A stretch of DNA of 64,000 nt, from contig OX597834.1 of the NCBI GenBank assembly GCA_951406725.2, positions 5,518,001 to 5,582,000 of the forward strand, written 5' to 3'. Under the pieces are notes generated by a model that was not told the origin of the DNA, searched no databases, and saw nothing but the letters and a program-made list of their open reading frames with translations. Shown here piece after piece: positions 40,537 to 54,239 of this stretch (within the stretch, counting starts at the first letter, position 1; every line of letters begins with the position of its first letter). Source of the stretch: Octopus vulgaris. Taxonomy: Eukaryota. A program made the position numbers and the translations under genes.

Positions 40537-40695
40537 TCTTTTTTCCTTTTCTTTCTCACCAACCTTTATATGAATCCCCGCAGAAATTGTTGTCTATCCT
40601 TGTGATGTCCCCCTCATTTGTGCCCCTGTGACTAATAAAAGAAATTATTAGTAGTAGTATTAGTATTAGTATTATTATTATTACTATTATTATTA

Positions 40696-40951
40696 GGGCG
40701 GTGAGCTGGCAGAATCATTAGCAGGTAAACGTGTAATACTTGGTGGTATTTCGTCTGGCGCTACGTTCTGAGTTTAAATTCCAGGGTCGATAAATTAAGT
40801 ACCAGTTGAATACTGGGGTCCATGTAATCGACTGATTCCCCCTCCAAAGTTTCAGGCCTTGTGTCTATAGAAAAATGGATTAATATCATTATTATTATTA
40901 TTATCATTATTGTTATTATTATTATTATTATTATTATTAAAAATATTATTA

Positions 40952-41019
<68 letters not shown>

Positions 41020-41083
41020 TAGTTTATTATTATTATTATTATTATTATTATCATCATTATTATTATCATTATTATTATCATTA

Positions 41084-41155
<72 letters not shown>
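40696..41155 (+). mobile_element. SINE family A followed by a long (ATT)n array
   Basis: Head ggcggtgagctggcagaatc and tail ggccttgtgtctatagaaaa, then (ATT)n at 40880-41155. Confidence 0.85.
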
Positions 41156-41451
41156 GAGCGACGAGCTGACACATGCATTTGAACGTCGGAAAAATGCTTT
41201 TCATTATTGGTTCCGGCACTATACGGTTCACACTTCGCCGTTGTCAGCTTTGCTTTACTTCCTTCCGCGGTTCATAAAAATTAAAGGAACAGTCAAGTAC
41301 TGCAGTCAATATAATCGATTAATTTCTCTCATCCGAAAAATTGCTGGCCTTGTGCAAAAATGTCAAACCATTAAATATGGCTATTACTCCGCGCAGCAAC
41401 AGCACCACCACCACCAATAATGACAGCAGCAGCAGTAGTAGTAGTAGCAGC

Positions 41452-41522
<71 letters not shown>

Positions 41523-42041
41523 TAGTAGTAGTAGCAGCAGAAGTAGTAGTAGTAGCAGCAGTAGTCTGTACGCGTATTTTTGTTGTTGTTGTTGTCTGCT
41601 TTGGTAATTTCTAGATTGGATCATTAACTTATTTCAATAGCATTTAATTGCTTTTATTTCGACATACTTGTGTAAATTTAAATTTTCCATTTTTATTTTT
41701 ATCAGATTTAATTTTTCGTTTTCTTTTCCCTTTTTTCTTTTTATTTATTTGTTTTATTTTATTTTATTTTATTTTGTTGTCTTTCATTTCCATATTTCAT
41801 TTAAATTCTTCGTCTGAAAGGTTTTCCATTGATTAGTTTATTTCAATTGACATTTTTGAATGTCCCTTTTTAAATTAATCTCCTGTTTCAAACAACGAGT
41901 GCACACACACACACTCGCACACACACACACTCGCACACACACACATACACACACAGTAACACAGACAGATACGATATGTGCGTGTATATCTGTGTTTGCA
42001 CTTATATATATTATATGCATATATATATATATATGTATATG

Positions 42042-42073
<32 letters not shown>

Positions 42074-42282
42074 TAAAGAAAGAGAGAGTGAGATAGATAG
42101 ATAGATAAACCTTACGTGGAAGAGGATGTATGGCGTTCAATCATATAATATAAATAATATATATATATATATATACATATGTATACATGCATATATATTA
42201 TTTATATATATATATATATATATAATTATGCATATGTCTATAATTATATTTCTATCTATCTAATCTATCTGTCTACCTGTCT

Positions 42283-42313
<31 letters not shown>

Positions 42314-42320
42314 ATATAGA

Positions 42321-42576
42321 CCGACCAGGCTATCAGATGTTGCTACACATCGCTGATCACAATGCGTTTTGCATTGTTTTAGCGTTCAAATGACGCCACC
42401 CCGCTGGCTAAGCGAGCAGACCAACAGAAGAAAGAGTGAGAGAAAGTTGTGGCGAAAGAATACAGCAGAGATCGCCACCACCCCCTGCTGGAGCCTCGCG
42501 GAGCTTTAGGTGTTTTCGCTCAATAAACACTCACAACACCCGAGTCCGCTGCCCTAACCACTGGGCCATTGCGCCT

Positions 42577-42579
<3 letters not shown>
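42321..42579 (-). mobile_element. Third tRNA-derived SINE family (B-box region deleted)
   Basis: The minus strand begins ggaggcgcaatggcccagtggttagggcagcggactc, a tRNA 5' half with an A box. Confidence 0.65.
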
Positions 42580-42675
<96 letters not shown>

Positions 42676-42829
42676 TATATACACTAGGTATGGCAAATGA
42701 GTTCAATAAAAATTTGGATTCAGTTAAATATGGTACTGAAGTTGAGGCACCAGAACTTAGTATGGTATTATCCATACAATTTCAAAATAAGGTGATTAAA
42801 ATCACAATATATCCTTGTTGCTTATTTTG

Positions 42830-42870
<41 letters not shown>

Positions 42871-43353
42871 GCATGTGTGTGTATGTGTGTGTCATGTATA
42901 ATCATGCATATATGTACACATATGCATGCACAAATACAGACATGCGCATGCATGTATGTGTATAATATATATATATTATTTATACATATACATACATGTG
43001 TATATATATACAGTGTACATTTAAACACATAAGTGATTGCCATTATCGGGCATCTAGCCTGCTAGAAGGAGTAGATAAATCCAAACCACTATTAGGGGTA
43101 ATTTCGAAAGGGAATGAAAAATAAAAAACATTTATCATTTATTTCCTGGACTATGGTTTCAATATATCTTCAGCAAACAAAGTAATGTGCTAGGCGAAGC
43201 TCTCTTCAGCAGGAAAGCCAAAGGTTAACATATAAGCGCGAGGCAATACAGAACATACATCGTGCTTACATAGTATAATCCTTCAAATCCACCGCGCAAG
43301 CGCAGTTTTTTTTATCGGCAGCAAATAGAGATAATGTCACTTTTCTTTCAAAA

Positions 43354-43618
43354 TTAGTATTATTAATAAATTTCAGGGAAGTAAAAATTTAATTAGAAAT
43401 TTTTTGCCATCAGTAGTCTAGCGTGTAGAAAAACTTGTCAATAGACTATATATTATTCATTATATATACAGTGTTAGATGTCCGATTATGGCCCTCTCTT
43501 ATATGTTTAAATGTACACTATATAAAATGAATAGTATATAGTTTTCCTACACGCTAGACCACTGGTGGTAAAAAATATCTAAATGATTTTTTACTACCCT
43601 GAAATTTAATAATAGTAC
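43354..43618. repeat. Imperfect inverted repeat with arms of about 110-120 bp
   Basis: taaatttcagggaagtaaaaa...gtctagcgtgtagaaaaact versus agttttcctacacgctagac...tttttactaccctgaaattta. Confidence 0.85.
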
Positions 43619-43825
43619 ATGTATATATATATATATAAATTAGAAAAATAAATAATTATTTATGTTTTTATTATTGTTTTGCAATTTACTTGATCATCGG
43701 TATGTTATTGTTATTTTAATTTTAATATTTCTATTATATGTAATTTTCTAGATGGTGTAATTTAATAGTTCATGTTGAATTGATAAAAGGTGCTTTTTTT
43801 CTAATTTATATATATATATATATAT

Positions 43826-43921
<96 letters not shown>

Positions 43922-44220
43922 ATATGATATATGATGTGATACGATATATATAATATATAAGTGAGTGTGGTTTTGAGGCTTCCCTGAGGCTGACTTTTCA
44001 ATGAGTTGACTCTACATCATGGATGGGACCAATTGAATGATTCGTATGAACTGTTTTTGAAATTAAGCAAATAAATATATATACGTGCATAAAATCACTT
44101 GCACACACTTACACAGATTCACAGACACACACACACATACACCACCCCAGACGTACACATATATAGATAGATATATATATACAGTATATATATGTATATA
44201 TATATAAATATATATATATA

Positions 44221-45485
44221 TCAGGTTGAGTCAAAAGTAAGCAACGTTTTGAACCATGAAAACTTTGTACCAGATTTTTGAAGTTTTAAATTTTTTAAAA
44301 ACATTTTTTACAATTATCTGAAATTACAGACATAGACTTGCTCAAATGTATGAATAAATTAACATTGATATTATTTTACGTTATTAAAATAATTTGAAAT
44401 GGAACTGTCAAAGCGCAATATTCGAGCAATTTTGCTATTCAACTTCAAAAAAGGACGTAAAGCAGATGTAACTGCCCGCGATATCAACGAAACGTTTGGT
44501 AACGAAATGGCCAGTGAGTGGTCAGTTCGAAAATGGTTTAAATGATTTCGCAGTGGAGACCTGCGTCATGGAGATCGTGAGCGTAGTGGACGCCCATCTG
44601 TGATCGATGGCGGTCAATTAAAGACCGTCATTGAGAAAGATCCGCGTAAAACCACTCGAGAACTGGCAAAAGAATTTCAAGCCAGAAAACTGCCTGCAAC
44701 CATTTGCATAGGATCAGAAAATCAAAAATGTTGGTTAAATGGGTACCACACGATTTGAATGAAAATCAGAAAATGCAAAGATTTGCTCGTTGCTTCTTTT
44801 CTGTGACCAAACCGATCCATTTCTCGACTCTATTGTAACTTGCGATGAAAAGTGGATTCTGTACAACAATAAAAAACGTTCTTCGCAGTGGTTGCACCAA
44901 ACTGAAGCACCGAAAACCTTCCCTAATCCCGAGCTCTTTAAAAAAAAAAGGTTTTACTGACTGTTTGGTGATGTACTGCTGGACTCATTTACTATATCTT
45001 CTTGAAAACCTGAAAAACCATTACCGGAGCAACAAATTGCCATGAAATTCCCAAAACGAACGAGAAACTGCTACTCCTTCGTCCCTGATTGGTGAACAGA
45101 AGAGGGGCTGTCATTCTTCATGACAATGCTCAACTACAAATTTGATTAAAGATACTCCATAAGTTGCGAGATCTTGGTTACGAAGTCTTCTTCACCCATC
45201 TTATTCCATAGACCGTTCTTCTACCGACTACCACTTCTTAAAGCACCTTGATGATTTCCTGCGAGAGAAGGAGTTAAGAAAAATGAAACTGATGCTGAAA
45301 GTGCGTTCAAAAAGTTCATCACCTCCAGATTTTTATGTTCCCGGAATAAACATACTTGTAACTCGTTGGCAAAAATGTGTTAATTGTAATGGTTTTTTAC
45401 TTTGATAAATAAAATTTCCGCCTTGTTGAAATATATTGTGATGAATTTCATGTTTTTAAACGTTACTTACATTTTACTCAGCCTG

Positions 45486-45486
<1 letters not shown>
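44221..45486 (+). mobile_element. Full-length defective mariner transposon (Hsmar1/cecropia-like)
   Basis: TIRs of about 40 bp (tcaggttgagtcaaaagtaagcaacg / cgttacttacattttactcagcctga) flanked by TA within (TA)n. Transposase from ATG 44399: IRAILLFNFKKGRKA, ERSGRPS, KWVPHDL, IVTCDEKWILY, LHDNA, TDYHF, RWQKCV; it has stops and frameshifts. Confidence 0.96.
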
Positions 45487-45521
<35 letters not shown>

Positions 45522-46099
45522 ATGTGTGTGTGTATGTGTGTGTGTGTGTGTGTGTATACACATATATATATACATGCATACACCAACAGAAAGAAATCTA
45601 CCCTTCCAAATGATGGATAGACGTTCCTTTTGCATGATATGGTAAAGCACAAACATGGAAGCAGATTTTCCCTTAAGAGGCTGAATGCAGATCGATACTA
45701 TTACGGCTGTTTAGCAACAGACTCGCCCGCTTCAGAGTGTGACTCTGTTACTCAACAGATTTATAGCAAATGCTATTAGTGAAATATGAAGAGAATATAA
45801 TACAACGTGCGCGGTACGCACATATTCGGGAGACACGAATATATGCGAACATTAAGAAAAATAGCCTGCATGAATATTTATTTGTCGAGCTGACAAAAAC
45901 AATACCAAAATTTAGTAGATCTATGTATGAAATTAAGTCATATGGGACACTGAAACAAAGATGGAGAGAAAAGAGAGAAGAAATAAGAGTGGAGTAGACA
46001 TTTGCTGAGTGTTTAAATAAGCATTATTACTTTTATAATAAAGAAATAATTAAATTGGAATACAATTAAACAAACGTAAAAAATAATCGAAAGGATATA

Positions 46100-46810
46100 G
46101 GTAAGTACAAATATGGAAGCAATTCTCCCTTCAGCAACCGTTGACTGAATGTCAAGACAATTTCGATTTTTATGTGTAGATCGGTAGCTTTAGATAGCCA
46201 GCAGATTCCAAATAAATGATTATAAGGAATTGTGTAATTTGATTAACACAGTATAAAATGTGTGGAACATACGAAGCAAAAAAAAAAAAGGACAAAATTT
46301 ATTTGGCAATAAAAATTACGATAAATTAGACAAGTAATTTTATAGGTGTCACGTGGAAATTATAAGGGAAATAATCAGTTTAATAACTAAGATGCAAAGA
46401 ACGCGACACTAAGAAAGAAAAGAATATACATAGTCTCTTTGGACTAGGGTGAAGAATGTGTTCAATCTGGAAACAACAGAACATATTGATAACAATATAA
46501 GAAGAGTCAATGGCTTGTAGAGTGATCGGACGTTGGTTCTTGAATGGAGATAGGCAAAGTGAGATATATCGTAGGATAAAGTGAAATATATATCTAAATT
46601 CAAAACGAAAGAACTAGTAGTGAGTTGTAGTTTTATAATTTTAACAAGATAAGCAAAATAATAAAATAATAAAATATACCTGATTAGGAACTCATAAATC
46701 TAACACTAAAACTAAAATTCCGACAGTAATAGCTGCAACAGTAAAGCAGCAACAATTTTTATTGCCGCCATATTAGCCTTGTCTACGATTAAGAAGAGTT
46801 GTTTCTTCAT
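46100..46810 (-). pseudogene. Decayed iGluR/IR-like remnant (end of S1, M1), convergent with 42688-46050
   Basis: LIVDKANMAAI (about 46760-46795) and ORF 46409-46603 DIYFTLSYDISHFAYL..SLYKPLTLLILLSICSVV. Confidence 0.4.
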
Positions 46811-47019
46811 TGCAACGAAGAAAAGATAAAGCTAAACTATATGCATGTATTTAGTGATACATACACATACATTTATCTGTCTATCTATCTTTCTCTATGC
46901 ATGTACATCATTGTTAAGTTTTTTTCAAGATTTCTTGCCAATAGAGGAGCCGGTTTCTAGCCAAGATCCAAGGCTCCTTCATTGGAATTTCAACAACATT
47001 AACAAGGTATTTTTGTATT

Positions 47020-47580
47020 TATGTATGTATGTTGTATGTGTTTATGTATGTGTGTTGTATGTATGTATGTATGTATGTATGTATGTATGTATGTATGTAT
47101 GTATTTATGTATGTATTTATGTATGTATGTATGTATGTATGTATGTATGTATGTGTGTATGTATGTATGTATGTATGTATGTATGTATGTATGTATGTAT
47201 GTATGTATGTATGTTGTATGTGTTTATGTATGTATGTTGTATGTGCGTATGTATGTATGTATGTATGTGTTTATGTATGTATGTTGTATGTGCGTATGTA
47301 TGTATGTATGTATGTATGTGTGTATGTATGTATGTATGTATGTATGTATGTATGTATGTGTGTGTATGTATGTATGTATGTATGTGTGTATGTATGTTGT
47401 ATGTGCGTATGTATGTATGTATGTATGTATGTATGTATGTATGTATGTATGTTGTATGTGCGTATGTATGTATGTATGTATGTATGTATGTATGTGTGTG
47501 TATGTATGTATGTATGTATGTGTGTATGTATGTTGTATGTGCGTATGTATGTATGTATGTATGTATGTATGTATGTATAC
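47020..47580. repeat. (TATG)n array with a recurring higher-order variant
   Basis: About 560 bp; tatgttgtatgtgcg recurs five times. Confidence 0.95.
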
Positions 47581-48089
47581 ATGCAGATTTCTATGTTTTA
47601 TTTTATGTATGTCTTCTCATGCATATAACTACGTATCTAAACTTGCTCATAAATGATAAACTTCTGGCAAGTCTTATAGATTATTTACAGTCCCAATGAT
47701 GGATTGGATTAATAGTTTTCAAATTAGCTTTCTCTTTTCTGGTTTTCTGAAAAAAAGCAGAGTACGAATCTTCAAGGATTTTACCCATCACCTCATCGCA
47801 TTCAAAAATGTTTCACTTTTAGCTGTTTGGAAAGCAGTGAAGTTTCTTCAGAAATAAAGTCGTTTACCTGTTGTTTCTAACATGTCGGGTTTTCTGGTGG
47901 TGGTCTGGTATTTTTTAATTCTACTATTTCAGTAAAATTCTATGTATGCGGGAAACATCAGACAAAAGTGAAAGCCTGGGAGATCTTAGCTCTTTGAAAG
48001 CTGGTAGGTGATGGGTGGCCGAGGTGGGAGGAAGGGGCATTGAGTGTTTCTGTAAGAAAAATTAAACTATATATATATATTTATATATG

Positions 48090-48125
<36 letters not shown>

Positions 48126-48127
<2 letters not shown>

Positions 48128-48500
48128 TTCGTAATCTCTGCATTTTTCTACGTCGATAACAAAAAAAAAACGAATTTGAGAAAGTTACAAATTGAGAAAT
48201 TGCGGTGGAGATAGAGGGAAAAAAAACTGAAAACGTGGTTTCTGGACAAAGTCGTATTAACCCGCTTTATACGATGAAACAATATATAGTTTTTGATCCT
48301 TCTTAAGAAAAGAAAGCACTTTCATGCAAGTCCATGCAAATTTTACCCTCGTCTTTCACTCTTAAACAAACAAAAAAATTAACTTCCATTATTCCATTAA
48401 CTATATATCAGCTGTGCCGATTCTGCCCATAACAAAGGCACAAATAATACAATTTACTTGCAGGTCATGACACCCAGGCAACGCCGGGATGCATTGCTAG
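48126..48500 (+). mobile_element. Helitron-like 3' portion, second family
   Basis: Hairpin cccaggcaacgccggg followed by CTAG|t at 48497-48500. The 5' end is not resolved. Confidence 0.6.
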
Positions 48501-48579
48501 TGTGAGTGTACATATATATATATATATATATATTATAAGGTGTATCTAATATACATATGTATGCGTGTGCGTGTACGTT

Positions 48580-48649
<70 letters not shown>

Positions 48650-48867
48650 GTGTGTGTATATATATATATATCAGCTTTTATGAGGGATTAGTGACAGAAT
48701 CCGTATGATTAATGAAAGACAAATTTTAAGTCCTTAACGTGGAATTGTTATAGGAACGCCGTAATACTGCAGTAAGCGGTCCAAGAAAGCCTCTCACGTA
48801 GGCATCTAATGCATGAAAGCACGGCGGTGTAAGGAGCAAACAAGAAATGTAAGTATATATACATATA

Positions 48868-49376
48868 TCTATATATATAAAACTGTAGTTGTGTGCCTGT
48901 CCCCTTCGATTTAGATTCCTAACTACTCCCACATTTTGCGGTGCAGTTTAACCAAATTTGGGTATCTTATAGTCGTGATTTATATCGAGCCCGTCTGAGT
49001 ATTAGCGCGCGTCTACGATGAGTCTACGATTTTAAAAATAATTTAACATCATTTTTTATTCCATTTTAATGCATAATTTTTCGTGTGTCGATGGCGGCGG
49101 AGTTGGCGTCCATGGTCACACCTGCACCTGTTTGCTTTTCCCCCCTTCTTCCTTCCCTTGTGAAGCTGTGGGGAAGGGAGTGTAAGGAAATCAACGTCGT
49201 AAAGCGTTGTCAAGGAGACCAGCGTTCTTTTAGAACAACGACTTCATGGCTTGAAGACACCAAAACAGAAATGGCTAAGAAAGCCCGAATTGGCATCTAT
49301 AAGGGAAGTAACTCTCTAAAAATGCTTATATAGTTATTTCCCTTACAAACCCGAGCAACGCCGGGCGATACTGCTA

Positions 49377-49377
<1 letters not shown>
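48868..49377 (+). mobile_element. Non-autonomous Helitron
   Basis: A|TCtatatatataaaactg...cccgagcaacgccgggcgatactgCTAG|T; same family as 16299-16933. Confidence 0.9.
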
Positions 49378-49425
<48 letters not shown>

Positions 49426-50449
49426 CATATACATATACATATATATATGGATCAAAACAGTTTGATTCAAATTCCGTGCTGGTTAAGATTTCAAAGCTTG
49501 TGGAATTTATCGTCGGATAATGGAAATTTGAATCCAACTGTTTTGATCCATACATATATCTCACAATTAGTATGTTCAGGGCCCTTCTTTCGTTTCTCCA
49601 TATATATAGATACAAACATGTGTGTGAGTGCGTGCGTGCAAGCGTGCTTGCATACGTACGCACATGCTGTGTGTATTCGTGTTTGCGTGTGTGTATGAAA
49701 ATCCACAAAATTCTGCAGTTTCTATTTCTACAATTACATCCAAAGTGAAATCAAATCACTTTCGAAGAATGTTACTACAAATTGTCTTTAAGACAGAAAC
49801 TGTTCACAAGACTATATTTTATTATCTTTCTAAATACAGAAACTTTTATTATATGCTTTTATTTTCTCTTTTCTTCTTTCGATTCATCCTTCTTCTTAAC
49901 TAGTCAAATCAAACCAATTTTGTTTTTTTCTTTATGCTTGGCTTCTAATAGGGAAACGTAACCATTTAAACACGCCCAACTTAATATGGATATGAATTAT
50001 CGTAAAATCAAGTGTCCACAACAAATAACTTTTATGCATAATTCTGAAGAATCGATCTTCGATTATGCATCAAGGACACCTTATATATCAATGGTTGCAT
50101 ATATGATTGCATAATATAGCAATCCTCATGCGATCGATTTTCGATGAAACAATTATAAATCAGTGACTTAAAAGGACCAACTCACTCCATTCTTCTTGGT
50201 TATAATTGCAGAAACTGCGGACTTTTGTGGATTTTCAGGCATGTCTTTGATATAACAAACAATCCTCCGATTACCGTTTATCTGATAGCCTGGCCCAGTG
50301 GATGAGCTTAATATTGTAATCACCAGGGTTAAGACCAAGAGGAAATTACGCGAGGTAATTTTCAGCCTGGTGATTGCCAGGTAATTTAAGTAGAGTGTAT
50401 ATTTTGAGAAACATTTTACAGTTTTTCAGCTAATCTGAATTTGGATTTG

Positions 50450-50820
50450 TTCGCAAAGCCGTTTCTTCTGTCTCTGAAGGCAATTTCCTCATGTGTCTCC
50501 ATGGTGGTGCTTTTGCTCAACAGACATTCTTTTGCTTCCAACTCCAGGCTTCCGTTTCTTCTCTCAATAATAAAAGCCAGTCTTTATACCAGACGCCAAT
50601 GAGTTCAATCGTTTCCAATCTTCTACCATATATATTATAGAAGTCCATGTTCAAAGCCTTTGTGTCTGTCTTGCAGAGATATTTGAAATAACGTTAGATT
50701 CTGACCAAAAGTGCCTTTGTGCACTTTTTGCTAGAGGCCAGCAATTAGCACAGCAAATATGTTAGGATCCTTTTTTCTGATATATGGCATGTATAGCAAA
50801 CCCAGCAAATAAAACGTTTT
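50450..50820 (-). mobile_element. Old RTE (BovB-like) C-terminal remnant
   Basis: RYFKYLCKTDTKALNMD...W*KIGND*THWR resembles the RTE C-terminal RFKD.CKRD.KAL...W...A.DR..WR pattern. Confidence 0.55.
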
Positions 50821-51694
50821 TCGAGGAAAAGAAGAAAATGTATATTAGCGACAGAGGCTGAATTAATACCGATCGGTAATACTTTATCCCCACTTAAACG
50901 TGAATGTTCTGTTAGAACAAACTATACTGCGGCAGTTACCACGAGAGGAACTCTCATATTGGGTTTTTCGTGTAAATTGTACTCTTGTTTATATCACTAG
51001 CGGCGAGATAAATCCCTGGGTCATCCAACGCCGAGACCAACAGATCACGTGACTCCGACCTAGTTAGGTCTTGTCAATGATAGGTACCCGACCGCTACAG
51101 ACTGCAGAGATCCAACTCCCTGCCAGTGCTATATAGAATAACAGTAACATGCATATGCTTCAAGTTTTCCTTGCAAGGGGTTGAGGAAAGGGCGATGCAC
51201 TTACCAGTCGCCTACCTTCTTACAACGGTGGCATTAACGCCATTACTACTCCATTTTGAGAGCTTGTAAGTCAACACTTGCGGGGAAAAGTATCAGAAGA
51301 ACGAGAATTCCAGAAAGCTTATTCTCTGAGAATGTATACGGATCACACACACACACACACACACATACTCAAAAACACGCGCATATGTATACATATGAAT
51401 ATGTGTGTATATATGTGTGTGTGCGCGCGCATTAAATATTTAATGCTATCAGAAACTAAATCAAAGTATTCAGTTAATTGTTATTGAAATATGGGGCTTT
51501 GCTAAAACTTCAAACCTCCAAGTTTCATAATATGGAAGTCTTTCTGTAATATTCATCAGATTAGAAAACGAAACATCTCACAGCTCTGTGAAAATTATAA
51601 AATTATAAAATTATTCTATATATGTGTGTGTATATGCGTATATTATATTATATTATATTATATTATAGAGATTTCAAACTAGCTCTTTTACTCA

Positions 51695-51773
<79 letters not shown>

Positions 51774-51920
51774 AGAGAGGTATATACATACACGCATACA
51801 TACATACACACACACACATATATACACGCACACATAAAGATAAATAGATATTTTTATGAGTGCTTAGGTATATATTGGGTATATATGCAAACTTATATAC
51901 ACATTTACATGTGTGTATGT

Positions 51921-51976
<56 letters not shown>

Positions 51977-52003
51977 CGAATTTACGAGTGGGCAAATATA
52001 TTG

Positions 52004-52052
<49 letters not shown>

Positions 52053-52496
52053 AAGTATATGTTTGTGTTTATATTGTGTTGTCACTACATAACTCCATTA
52101 CTTCTGCCCATTTACTTCTTGGTTTGGATATAGTTTTAAATATTTGCTGATTTCATCTCTTGTTATTTAGTTATTCAAGCAAGCGCACATCTGCCCAAAC
52201 ATACATACCTACTCCCTCACACCCATATATATATACACATGTATATATGTGTGTGTATGTGTGTGTACATACGCAATCTTACATATACATACAGGAAATT
52301 AAAATCAATATAAATAGAATTATTGTTCGTTTGTTATATACAATTGTTTTCTTCTGTATTTTATTATTTTTTTTAGTTTTTCACGTTGACAATGATATAT
52401 TGACGTAAATTGTGAATTTAAATTAGCTTTATTGTTTGATTTTATCTCTCTGTATGTACGTATGTATGTGTGCACATATACATACACATCTATACA

Positions 52497-52585
<89 letters not shown>

Positions 52586-52697
52586 ATATATATATATACG
52601 TATATATATATGTATATATATACATATATATATATATATACGTATATATATACATACATATATATATATATATATACATACATATATACATATATAC

Positions 52698-52729
<32 letters not shown>

Positions 52730-53202
52730 GTATATGTGTATCCACTGATGTATGACTATAGTTACACGTTAAATATATTCATACACACGCACACATATAT
52801 ATATATATAAACATATATATAAACATGTACGTAAACATACATAAATACACACACACACACATACACACAGACACACATATATGATGGTTGTATTTTATGT
52901 ATTTTGTTCAGCGAAAAGACAAAGAAGCAAAAATCTCACCCAAGAGATTTTATTCGAAGTGAACTCGTAAGATTTCCTCTTGAGAATAAGTCATATGCCT
53001 TATATCAGCTAATTAAATAGATTTTAACAACACATTGCTGCCTTCATTTGCATCCCTGATTTCATTATCATTTTATCACGCTCACTATTCTTACCTCCTC
53101 TCCTCCTCATCTTCTCCGCCTCCACTCCTCCCCCTCCTCCTCTTCATTATTATCATTATTGTTGTTATTATTATCATCATTATTTTTATTGTTATTATTA
53201 TG

Positions 53203-53355
53203 AAGGCAGCGAGCTGGTTGATTCGTTAGCTCACTGGAGGAAATGCTTAGCGGTATTTCGTCCGTCGATACGTTCTGGGTTCAAATTCTGCTGAGGTTGA
53301 CTTTGCCTTTCATCCTTTCGGTGGTCGATTAATTAAGTACCAATGAAACACTGGG
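53203..53355 (+). mobile_element. SINE family A, 3'-truncated
   Basis: aggcagcgagctgg...gactttgcctttcatcctttcgg. Confidence 0.85.
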
Positions 53356-53359
53356 ATAA

Positions 53360-53995
53360 TTATTATTTTATGTTAAACTTTTGCTTTACATTTGTACAAG
53401 TTGGCTCCAAGTCTCACCCAGAGACATCAAGAGACAAGAAGTTAAGAATTTCATGTTGGTGTTATGCCTAGGGTGCTATATATTTGATTTTGTACATAGT
53501 ATTGTTCTAGAGAATGTTTAAGAACCCATACGAAAATTGTGTTTGTTTTAAGATTTGAGATAACCTAGAAAGTATTTTGCGTAGGATGTGAGCAGTTCCC
53601 ATGAGCACTATCTTCTGAATTTCTGTCATTTTGGGGTCTCCTGGTATCTGAGCTAGGTAGCAATCAACCCCTTTTGCTGTCATTCCCAGGGCACCTATGA
53701 CAACAGGTATTATTTTAGTTTTCAGGTTCCACATTTTGCTGATTTCTATTTCAAGATCTTTATATTTGCTCAGTTTTTGGTAGGTCTTGACAGATACGTT
53801 TATATCGATTGGGACAGTCATATCAATGAGGAGGCATGTTCTTTGTCTGAAGTCTTTCAATACGATGATGTCTGGCCTATTCGCATCTATCTTTCTGTCA
53901 GTTTGAATGGTGAAGTTCCAGAGGAGTGAGACGTGGTTATTTTCAAGCACTGGAGGTGGTTTGTGTTCCTACCAGTTTTATCATGGGGCAAGTAA
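53360..53995 (-). mobile_element. R4/Dong-like LINE 3' fragment (RLE)
   Basis: LLWNFTIQTDRKIDANRPDII..CLLIDMTVP..QKLSKYKDLEIEISKMW..IPVVIGALG. Confidence 0.92.
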
Positions 53996-54239
53996 CCAGG
54001 TCAAGATGTTATATCGGGTAAATAGATTAAGTCAGCCAACCAAGTAGTCCTAGAAGGATTTGAACACACAATGCTAAGATCCAAAACAAAACTATCAGAA
54101 AGCATTCCATCCGGGGCTCAAGCGGTTTTGCCATTTAATCTTTTCTAAAAGGATGAATTCAAAATGAACTTCACCATAACATGAACTCAAAAGCAAGGTA
54201 CCAAAATGAAAACTGTAAAACATATCGTTAGATTCCAAT

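Larger units (their letters stand above)
42688..46050 (+). pseudogene. Decayed iGluR/IR-like gene interrupted by the mariner and microsatellites
   Basis: [12 protein letters not shown] (42780), DYGF, SNVLGEALFSRKA (43181), LTYKREAI (43225), YYYGCLATDS..QIYSK (45696), and YEENIIQRARYAHIRE plus KFSRSMYEIKSYGTLKQRW (ORF 45770-45997). Confidence 0.5.

Noticed and set aside
43140-43180. Minus-strand CTGAAGA-tatatt-GAAAccataGTC hammerhead-like string
   Set aside because: Stem II cannot pair, stem I is weak, there is no PLE context, and the plus strand is better explained as IR S1 remnant.
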